A DNA stretch of 63,329 bases, counting the filler, from Octopus bimaculoides (Eukaryota), in NCBI RefSeq assembly GCF_001194135.2. It is 4 parts of 3 records of this genome, joined end to end, with 100 filler letters (N's around TTAATTAATTAA, not from the genome) between each part and the next. Parts side by side here need not be neighbours in the genome. Positions count along the whole stretch, not along the records: positions 20,039 to 43,955 come from NC_068987.1; positions 44,056 to 62,187 come from NC_068992.1; 2 more parts are not named here. One strand, 5' to 3'. The notes beneath the pieces are model-generated. The model had not been told where the DNA came from. It saw nothing but the letters and a program-made list of their open reading frames with translations, and searched no databases. Shown here piece after piece: positions 39,996-49,747 of this stretch (positions are counted from its first letter, which is position 1; the number at the start of each line of letters is the position of its first letter). A program made the position numbers and the translations under genes.

Positions 39996-41159
39996 AACTA
40001 GTCATATATTGATGTAGTTAAGCTGGCATTCTAACAAGGTTTTTCGACAAACTCTATGACCTTGCTATAGCCCAAAAATCAGGTAAGGGTCTATAAGGCA
40101 GGAGGCTATCTTTTTAAGAGGTACATCCTCTGAAGAGTCAACTATTTTGGGAGATTATTACAAGTGTAAACGTTTTGAAGGCGTTATTGTAAAACCTTTA
40201 TTAGATTTATTTTCGCCTTTCAGTACACCTCCACTACAAGCTATACTGATTATACTTAGTTATGATGCTGTATACAGAATAGCTGGAAAAAAAAATTCAA
40301 CTCAACAAAGTTTCAGTTAGTCCGCTATTAACCCTCTTTCTCCAAAGGTACTGCTACCTTTGGATACACAAGGCCGAAAGAAATTGCAATCCCCTAGTCA
40401 GAAGCTGCTTGAGAACTTGTATTTGTAACGAGTAAAAACGCATCATTTCAAGCACATATTACGAAAATAGAGAAACACATAAAGAAAGTTAACAGGGTGG
40501 ATCCTAAAAATATTTATAAACAGAAGTACAAGAAGGTATTTGTTCTCAGTCACCTAGGTTATTGTTTTCAGCCCATAATGCTGCCAAATTTATAGCAACT
40601 ATTAGAACATATCCGAGAAAAAAGTTGATTCCATAAACTAAATGAATTTTGGTGGAAGAGTAAAAGATTTAAAATATATTCTCTGGAAATAAGAAGAAAA
40701 CGATATGCAATCAGCTATATATAGAAAATCCTGGAAGATTTGTTTCTAAAAACAACAAATTCATAGTGAACATATTTCCTGGATCAAGTGTTGGTTGCAT
40801 AATTAATTTCACTAAAGCCTTTGATTAAGTGATTATGCTGAAAATATCGGCATTTAGAGAATTGGAATTCTGACTCCTTTAAATAACAAAGACACATCGC
40901 AGCGGCCAATGGTTTCTTGTCTTTTAAGTCCACAGTAATAAGTTAACTATTACAAAGCAAATTCTGTTGACTCTAATTGTTCTTTATCGTGATGAAGCAT
41001 TTAGACAAAAATGTAGCATTGGCCATATTCAATAGCTAAGTAGTTAACATTCAAAAAATGCGCTCAAACAAGAACACATTCATCAGTAACGCAAAATTTA
41101 GTGATATCGACTCCAGTTCTGTATTTGGAATTTATATAATTGACATCAGAAAGTGTATT

Positions 41160-41399
41160 GGCAGAATTACTTAAGTGCCGAACAAAATGTCTTGCAGCAT
41201 AAGTCCCGGCTCTTTACGCTCTGACTTCAAGCCACACCGAGGTCAACTTTGCCTTTACTCCTTCCGGTGTCTATGAAATAAAGCAGTATTAGTCAAGCAC
41301 TGGGGTCGATGTAATCGACTTCTTCCTCCCCGCAAAAAACTGCTAACCTTGAACTAAAATTTGAAATTACTATTCTTCTTCTTCTTCTTCTTCTTCTTC

Positions 41400-41460
<61 letters not shown>

Positions 41461-41650
41461 AGTAGCGAACAGGCAAAATCGTTAGCACGCTGGACAAAAT
41501 GCTTAGCGGTATTTCGCCCACCGCTACATCCTGGGTTCAAATTCCGCCGAGGTCGACTTTGCCTTTCATCCTACCGAGATCGATAAATTAAGTACCAGTG
41601 AAACACTGAGGTCGATGTAATCGACTAGTCCCTTCCCCCAAAATTTCACC
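41160..41650 (+). mobile_element. Two SINE family B copies separated by a (TTC)n(TTA)n tract
   Basis: Family B bodies at about 41160-41370 and 41458-41650; microsatellite at 41373-41458. Confidence 0.85.
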
Positions 41651-41949
41651 CATCATCCGGTGTAACGTGACACTTTGAACACCTTTAGCGGAGTCTCTCT
41701 TGGAAGGGTCAGAGCCAATTCTCTGGATTGAGGATACCTTCACCCGCCCACACGCACCTACACTTTCAGAGATTCTGTAAAGGGTCATGATCACTGTCCT
41801 CCCTCCTAGACTAAAAGATCAAATACAAAAGAAGTGATCCAGGTGGGACAATCATCAGTGACACGGTTGTAAAACCTGCTATGTCATAATTCCATCAACA
41901 GTGTCTTTGTTGCAGCACCAACATTACTCAAGTGATACCATCAAAAGTG

Positions 41950-42235
41950 TGAAGGCACGTGGCTTAGTGGTTAGGGTATTCGGCTTACAATCGTAAGACG
42001 GGCGGTGCGTTGTGTCCTTGAGCAAGACACTTTATGTCAAGTTGCTCCAGTCCACTCAGCTTGCAAAAATGCGTAGTACCTGTAATTCAAAGGACCAGCC
42101 TTGTCACATTCTGCGACACACTAAATCTCCCTGAAAACTACGTTAAGAGTACACGTGTCTGAGGAGTGCTCAACCACTTGTACGTTAATTTCACGAGCAG
42201 GCTGGAATCCTCGTCATCATAACCGACTAAGTGCT
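41950..42235 (+). mobile_element. tRNA-derived SINE, family A-related subfamily with CORE-like segment
   Basis: tggcttagtggttaggg...ttgtgtccttgagcaagacacttt...cctgtaattcaaagg.ccagccttgtcaca...ctacgttaag.gtacacgtgtctg.ggagtgctca.ccacttg.acgttaatttcacgagcaggctg. Confidence 0.85.
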
Positions 42236-42716
42236 ATCAACAGTGAGCCAGTAGTTATACCAACAGTAACTTAGTTATGTAATCAACTCTATCCTCACTG
42301 TGCCACTAATATCACCCAAAGGGTATCATCAACAGTAATCAGTTATACCATTGTTAGTGTCCCACTTATAACAAGAGTAACCTAGATTATAATCAACAGC
42401 AACTAACAGCAACTAACAGCACCTAAGGGTACCATAATTAGTTACTCAGTGACTTAGCTATACCACCGACAGTAGCCTCACTGTACCACTAACATCACCA
42501 AAAGGGTACCGTCAAGAGTGACCCAGTTGTACAATCACAAGTGAAATAATTGATTATACGATTGGCCTGGGGTTACTTCAGAATATTCTGGGTGGGCACA
42601 AATTAGTATTAATGCTAAAGTGGTGTTTCGAAATAAGTGTGTCACTGTAATTCTGAGGGTGCACCATTGAATAATGAGGGGACAGTACCGCCCAGTGTAC
42701 CCCGTTAGCGACGGCG

Positions 42717-43175
42717 TGTAGTAGCGGTAACTCTTTGATGCCATTGTAGTGGCGCGAAATTATAGCCGCTATTGAGGAAGTACTATTCTGCGCATGCGCA
42801 AGGGACTTCACCACCGGAAGCCCCTCGAGTTGCGCATGCGTAGTAAAACTGGTACTTAAAGAGAGAGTTTCACTTTGTTAGCGGGTTGAGCTGAGACCTT
42901 CTACGTAACAACAACTCGCTCCTCCACGAAGCACTTTTACACTGTTCTCTGGCAGGCATCAAGGAAGCCCTTAACCTTCCCTTACCAAACTACAATTTAA
43001 TCAGCGGCTGCTAATCTGAATGACAGGAATTGTGAAACCAAGTATCATCATAAATAAAACCTTTTTATTATGTTGTTAATTGTTCTAATGTCTCTTCATA
43101 TATTAATGCTGTTGAAAGGTGATAGAGAGAGACTAAAAGTAAAAAGTCTCTATGACAACTATCAAACCTTTTACA
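42717..43175 (+). mobile_element. Gypsy-type LTR (5' LTR followed by PBS); 5' boundary uncertain (42717 or 42745)
   Basis: TGTAG...TTTACA termini, AATAAA near 43053, and a PBS 1 nt after the terminal CA. Confidence 0.65.
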
Positions 43176-43176
43176 C

Positions 43177-43212
43177 TGGTGACCCCGACGTGATACGAAC
43201 ACGCAGCCTTCT
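43177..43212 (-). other. 3' 36 nt of mature tRNA-Trp including CCA (extended primer-binding site)
   Basis: The reverse complement AGAAGGCTGCGTGTTCGTATCACGTCGGGGTCACCA matches the conserved metazoan tRNA-Trp 3' half (AGAAGGYTGCGTGTTCRAATCACGTCGGGGTCA+CCA, recalled) except in the T-loop. Confidence 0.85.
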
Positions 43213-43535
43213 AAACCATCAACGGTACCGTAGGAGTAACATTAACAGTGAGCGAACTCAACCCTCCAAATCATCAATTTCACAACATATTCCTATAGCA
43301 ATTTACGAATCTACACTGACTATGATAAAGAACAGTATATTATAAAGGAGGGGAAGAGTGACAATCATCATGCATTTCATCAGGAAGTCAACAGCATTGC
43401 TGACATAATTCAAATACTGAAAGTCGTATCTCACTTTCAACAAGATAAACTAACCAAATCTCTCACTACTGCACCTTTCATCTTTGTGTGTGTACGTGTG
43501 CGTGTGCGTATGTGCACAAACACACGCACACACTC

Positions 43536-43568
<33 letters not shown>

Positions 43569-43625
43569 CATAGATACACATGGTGGTTGTCTACTCCTTA
43601 AGCAGAGTTTGACCACCTCCTGCAC

Positions 43626-43930
43626 CTACACCTTAGCCCTTTCATGGCGTCTGATGTGGCTTTTTAAACCAGACTGTGTTTTGAAAAAACACCCACACAG
43701 ATTGCACCTCTGATTTGCACTACCAATACCTGCAAGTAAGTTCTGCTCATTGTGGATCCTAACACGTCTTTTAAGACCCCCATTGGATTTGCAAACCCTC
43801 TGGCACACACCACATTCAAACGTGTGCACAGACATATAATCAGAATAGCTGGATGAGGTTTGTTTTCCATGGGTTCGCAGGTGAGATTTGAGGCCAGCCA
43901 AGGACAGACATGGTCTGTCACAGACTGTGC
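43626..43930 (-). pseudogene. Three non-TGEKP C2H2 zinc-finger motifs, probably the 3' end of an RTE-type LINE ORF
   Basis: CTVCDRPCLSLAGLKSHLRTH, CGVCQRVCKSNGGLKRRVRIH and CNLCGCFFKTQSGLKSHIRRH with long spacers. The 5' end runs into (TATG)n and an assembly gap. Confidence 0.6.
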
Positions 43931-44104
43931 ATACATACATACATACATACATACANNNNNNNNNNNNNNNNNNNNNNNNNNNNNNNNNNNNNNNNNNNNT
44001 TAATTAATTAANNNNNNNNNNNNNNNNNNNNNNNNNNNNNNNNNNNNNNNNNNNNATATATATAAGAGAGTATTGTAGTTCGCTTGAAGCATTGTGTATT
44101 GCTT

Positions 44105-44265
44105 GTAAAGAATAAAAAGTTTAGAATGGTATAACAATGCACTATAGAACAAAAAATGGACTATATACCTGTTGTAACTTGGTTAACCAAGTTACAATAG
44201 GTATATAGTCCATTTTCTGTTCTATAGTGCATTATTATACCATTCTAAGCTTTTTTATTATTTAC
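44105..44265. repeat. ~160-bp near-perfect palindrome with no loop (centre ggtt|aacc at 44184/44185)
   Basis: 80-bp arms with a few mismatches. Confidence 0.95.
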
Positions 44266-44544
44266 ATATATATGTATATATATATAACTACTTCATATGT
44301 TGTTTCCAAAAATGATTAGTTCATATGAGTTTAAGCTATTCAACCTTAATGCATTTGGATTCATCTTAAAACACAATTATCTATAGCTTCAAAATCTATG
44401 CAAGCAAATAAATTTAGTGCTTATCATATCATCCACCTAAACAGTATGTTCCGACACAACATACGAATTTTTAAAATTCTTAAATTTCTAATGTTGCTTA
44501 AAACTTTAATAAGATTTAAATAACTGTTTCATAAATCCTCTCGG

Positions 44545-44640
44545 ATTAACTCTGAAGAGAGAAATGTAGATGATAGTTATGGTTGGAAATAACTCGTCCA
44601 TACCAACCTATATTTTCTCGAAACGGCCGTAAGACTTTAT
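44545..44640 (+). ncRNA. Type I hammerhead ribozyme with long stem II and palindromic stem III
   Basis: CTGAAGA (44552-58); stem II gagaaatgtag...ctatattttctc (44559-44619); GAAA (44620-23); stem III ACGGCCGT; GTA cleavage triplet (44629-31). Stem I is weak. Confidence 0.65.
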
Positions 44641-45749
44641 ACCTGCTGAACATTGTTCGTTAAATCATTTTATGCCATCACTTCATTTATTTGGATTACC
44701 GCTCTACTTTCACAATTTACATATTTTAATATCCTCAATGATTTTAATACTGACATACAACCTCGCAAGTATATTTATGTATTTATATATTTTTATATTA
44801 TATCATGTATATATGAATGCACCTATGTATGTTGTGAAGTATCCCGATACTTTGAAATTGGTTCTCTCTTTTCTTGACTTTTTATGCCTGATGGTCTAAT
44901 AGAGCGCTAATTAGTTGTGCTGCAGAAGGAGATAATTATACTATTTATTTTTTCTTTATATNNNNNNNNNNATATATATATTGAGGAGGCAGAGTATGGT
45001 TTTATACAAAGCCAAAATTCCGGATCTGAGATTATCCAATATTTTTTTGCGAGTTTATTTATCTATTTGTCTTTTCATCTTGTGCTGTATGAATATATGG
45101 AGTCGTTTAGGGTCAAGATTTTGATTGCTATCTCTAGCATGGTGGTATGTCTTAGATACTCTTAATTATATTAATAATAATTAATACCCATAATAATAAT
45201 TAATAATAATAATTATTACCTATAAGGCTTTCTTCCCATGCTGGCCTCTTGATCTGATCGGTATTTTGAATAATGATCTTATCCTTATATAAAAATTTAT
45301 ATATATATATATATCTGTATTAAGGCTGCTATTGGTTTCCGGTTATAATAATATCTTAATCTCTTAGCAATTCTTAAAACCGATCACATAGAGGAATGAT
45401 GTGCGTCCCCATTTGGGATGAAAACTCCAAAGTTCTGGGGAATTCATAATAAACTCTCGTAAAGAAATCAAGAAATCAATGGAGGCTACACTTGGATGAC
45501 ACCTAGTGAGTGATTATCTCACTTGTGTTTGACGTTTGGGGGAATACTGTGCTGGATGAATAATTAGTTTGTATTATATTTTTTTATATTCTGGATATGT
45601 GTAAAGTTCGTATGTTTGTGTTCCGAGGGAGTTTATCAGATTGCATGTATATTCTATCTGTTGAGTTCGTGTGGCGTACATATTCAATGTTCAAGGAAAG
45701 AAACTAGCCCTGTGGGATCGGCGGAGCTGGCAAGGCAATGTCTCCTCTT

Positions 45750-47110
45750 TGAAATAACGGAGTGCAAAATATTGCTTGTGTATGCAGAGAGGTTTTCATC
45801 CCTGATGTTTAGAATGTTATCTTTTGACTAGGTGATGTTTAGCTTTTCATTAATATAAAGCTCACATTTGGTACCCCGACCCCTGTAATTTCGTGCTGTA
45901 GCAATAATACTCCATGTTATCTCCATGGACATTGCTTACTCGCCCTTCTTTCAATACCCATATAATATTGGATAGGAATGTCGCACAACGTTTGTTTTTG
46001 TCTCTGTATGATGCCAGATATTCTTTGTATCTTTCCTTGAACGAGTTAGACATCATTCCGATATATTTCTTTGCTACTTCGTTGGGATCCACGAGTTTGG
46101 CCTTGCATATAAGTTCTTTTTCCAAGACAGCTATTATTTAGAGGGCAGTGGTTCGAAGATTTACAGTTGCAGTGCTTTTCCAGGGTATTCCTTGTGGTTT
46201 TCATTTTATTGTGTTTGAGTGATATCGACTTTATATTGGGGAGGTAACTACAGCTAACTTTAAAAGCGTTTCTATTGAAGATCTTATGGTATTTGTGTGA
46301 AAGTGGGAAGTGACTGTCTTTTAATTTTAAGAATTTCTTAGCTATGTTAGTGGCTAAATTCATGCTATAATGTGGGCTGAATCATAAGATTTTCATTTTC
46401 TGTGTTTTCTTGGTCTATCTACATTTGATTCAATGTAATTTATATCATTCTTGAAGTTGGACGTTTCTAATACAGCATTATAGTATGGAGAGGCTTTTTC
46501 AAAAGTATCATTATCAGCGGATAGATTGGAGACGCGCCAGCTAATGCTACTGACTAATTGATTAATGATTTCTGGCGGGTGGTTGGAGCCTATGCCTATG
46601 CACAAGGCTTCCTCATTTGGATTGTGGAAGAGTTTAAATTTGACTGTGCTAACTTTCATGTTAATATCTAGAAAATTGACTTCTTTAAGGTTGGTATTAA
46701 TTGTGGTTCTTAGCCATATTTGACTAAATGTTTTTCTTACTTTTTCTTAACTATCCATATCGTGTCCGTTTTTATTGTATACCACTCACAGGCCATCACC
46801 GCTGTATAATGTCTTCTTTTACTTCTTTTCTAAGGATATCTAGGATATAGAGGCTTACAAGTTCGGCTTTCTCTGCACCATAATAGCTCCCCATTGACTC
46901 ATCCCCATTCTTTTTTATCCAATAGAAATTGTCATGAAAAAGTTATGACTTCCTTGCGTTCATAATTATATCTATATCAGTGTTTCTTATGGTAACATTT
47001 GCCTTCACAATTTCAAGTGACTTTTGAATCAAGATTTCGGACATCGAGGGGTAAAACTCCCCTATGTTAAATTGGAAAAAATTGAATTTGGGTTTATTTT
47101 CTACTTTCTT
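45750..47110 (-). mobile_element. Decayed Penelope-like retroelement: RT, linker and C-terminal GIY-YIG endonuclease
   Basis: FQFNIGEFYPS, MGSYYGAE.AELV.LY.L, LYSGDGL (degenerate YRDDGL), SNHPPEII, TNIAKKFLKL..SHFP..HK.HKIFNRN..KVS, CNCKSSNHCPL.N.CL, YIG....FKERY and KCELY.NEKL.I...LN.R.E. Confidence 0.9.
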
Positions 47111-47119
47111 AAATCATTC

Positions 47120-47329
47120 AATAGAACTGGCAAGTTGGTCGCTACGCCGGAAAAAATGTTTCGCGGCGTTTCTTCTGACTTTGCCTACTGGGTTTAAATG
47201 CCGCCAGAATCATCTTTGTCTTTCATTATTTCGGAGTCGATAAAATAAGTAACAACTGATCACTGGCGTCCATGTAATCGATTTATCTTCTTCCCCGAAA
47301 TTATTAGCCTTATGCCAAGATTTGAAATC

Positions 47330-47335
<6 letters not shown>
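47120..47335 (+). mobile_element. SINE family B copy ending in (TTA)n
   Basis: gaactggcaagttggtcgctacgccgg...ggagtcgataaaataagtaac...atgtaatcgattta. Confidence 0.7.
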
Positions 47336-47372
<37 letters not shown>

Positions 47373-47374
<2 letters not shown>

Positions 47375-47708
47375 TAGTTTTATTTTTATAGCGTGCTTTC
47401 ACTTCACTACCAAGCGCAGCTCTGTGTGTCTTGGGTATGTGTTGTGGTTTGCTGTCATGCTCTTATAGTGTTGAAAGTGTTTTGCGTATGATATGTGCAG
47501 TGCTCAGTAGTGCAATTTTCTGTATGTTATATATATATACTTGTAAGTCCTGGTGTTTTTGTTATGTATTTGTCTGAATATTTTTTATCTTACCTAAGGC
47601 GCCTACTATGATAGGAATTATTTCTGTTTTTAGATTCCACATTCGAGTTACCTCTATTTCCAGGTCTTTGTATTTTGAAAGCTTCTCCATTTCTTTTAGG
47701 GAAACGTT
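47373..47708 (-). mobile_element. 3' end of an R4/Dong-like RLE LINE with (AAT)n tail
   Basis: NVSLKEMEKLSKYKDLEIEVTRMWNLKTEIIPIIVGALG...IQKIALLSTAHIIRKTLS, then a 3' UTR and an (AAT)n tail at about 47330-47372. Confidence 0.88.
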
Positions 47709-47779
47709 AGCAGTGCATGTCATCAAAGTGACACTGGGGTGTCACTTTGTATACCCATCTGATAAGGGCATTCTATCTC

Positions 47780-48085
47780 TCTAGGTCGTCCCATAGGACG
47801 CCCCAAGACTGTTTCCACACGCTTTCCCCATTCATCTCGATCTTCCATACTGGTCATCAGCTCCTGTAACCCCTTCCATACCAGTATCCTACAGCAAGTT
47901 GTCGATATAGGCCATCTTCTTCTTTCCTTTCCTGATTCTTCCTTTCTTTGGTTGCCAGAGCACTAGTTTGTTAAAAATTTCATTGGTATGTCTGATACAG
48001 CATCCAGCTAGTCTCATCCTTCTGTGCTGTACCTTCAATGTTCGTTTTGGTAGCCCCTGGTATAAGTCGGCATATGTTGTATGGA
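47780..48085 (-). pseudogene. RTE-clade LINE ORF C-terminal fragment
   Basis: RRMRLAGCCIRH..E...KLVLWQP..GR..KG....YIDNL..DTG...L...MEDRDEW, the typical RTE C-terminal pattern. Confidence 0.8.
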
Positions 48086-48099
48086 AAAAAAAGAAAACG

Positions 48100-48103
48100 G
48101 GTT

Positions 48104-48135
<32 letters not shown>

Positions 48136-48152
48136 TTTCTTCTTCTTCTTCC

Positions 48153-48216
<64 letters not shown>

Positions 48217-48236
48217 ATTATTATTATTATTATTGT
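48100..48236. repeat. (TTC)n/(TTA)n compound microsatellite
   Basis: Seen directly. Confidence 0.95.
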
Positions 48237-49322
48237 TATGTTCTTCAATTTTGTTTCCAGTTCTTGCCGAGTGCCCCCCTACACCTAGGACAAAGGAACT
48301 CACAGTGTAGGTCATTAAAATAAACACACCAGTTTATTATTCTTTCGTTTAAGTTATGTATTAGAGTATATAGCCAGAAGACGGGAACATACGCACTTCC
48401 GTCGCAGAAAACCGAAATATTACAACTAAAATTAGAGTTTAAATCTTTGCTAGAGACAAAAGAAACATGTTTGCATGAAATACTTCTCAGAACTCAGTTG
48501 ATTTATAGTTAAAGTTTTAGAGAAAATGTCGTAGCATTCAACATAATATGAATAGAATTGAAATCCAGCATTTGCGTATTTGTCTCACTCTTTTATGTTC
48601 GGAAATATAAGGACTCTGCTGGAAGCTCTTCCCTTCCTACTAAACGTATAAACTGACTTCTAGCTTGCGTGTAGGGGAAGTATCTGTATTCCACCTTCCG
48701 GCATTAAACCATATAATAGAAATTAACGAAAGCAATGATTTACTGCATAATACATCTAGAAAGAAATGAAATAAGATATGAAATATAAAATTGAATTAGC
48801 GGAACCCGTACATATTTCACCATTTATAAATTTTCTTATTTATATAAAATTTTGTTAAATATATTTATAGATTCTCATAACATTTTTTTTTCTTTATGTT
48901 AAATATTTTAGTTATGTTCTATATTTCGTTCACGAGAAAAAGATGTTGAAATGTTAACACTCTAATATGTTTCATCATGTTAAATATTTTTGTGTTCAAA
49001 TCGCAACGAGGTGAACTTTCCAGTGGGTCGATAAAATAAGCTATTCTTCTATTCTGAATTCGCCAGTATCGATTAGATTGCTCCCACCAAATTGCTGGCC
49101 TTGTGGCTAAAGGAAAACCTATTGTGGTCGTGTCGAATGAAACACATCGCATCAGATATTATAGATATTTGCAAGTGACAGGATTCCAACTAACAACTCA
49201 TCAGGTTCAAAATGTATGAAGTTATCTGGGTAGTAATTGCTTGTACTCAACTAAAAGAATTGCCCGTCAGGTATGTCGATACCCATACTATATTTTCAAT
49301 GTGCTGAAGTATTGCATATAAT

Positions 49323-49747
49323 AACCTATTAATTACTTGTAGGGATACCGTATTTAGTTATGCAACTGTGATAAACGATAATAGAAAGTATATTAAACAC
49401 TTTATAAGTACATACTGTGTTCAACTGTATTAGCAGTACTATTAAATACAGATTTCGTATAGGAATTATTACCAGCATATACACCATTTACCCATTTTTC
49501 ATCTTCGATCGCATTGTTGTTTGCATTAAGCTTATTCAGATAGGAAACATCAGATAGGGAACGTCGTAACTAAGCAGTGTTGATTATAATTTCTGTAGAA
49601 AATCTGTACAGATAATATTAACAAGTGTTTTGATAGCACTGCTAACACAGTAGAACTCACTATTGACTTATAAAACGTTTAATATAGTTTGTAGTATATT
49701 ATGATGGCATTACGAAATACGGTGTCCTTACAAGTCATTAAAATGTT
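49323..49747. mobile_element. Putative MITE with ~29-bp imperfect inverted repeats
   Basis: aattacttgtagggataccgtatttagt (49331-49358) versus the reverse complement of 49712-49739, aatgacttgtaaggacaccgtatttcgt. Confidence 0.55.

Noticed and set aside
40108-40175. CTGAAGA...TAAACGTT
   Set aside because: There is no stem II complementarity and the core is mutated; likely chance.
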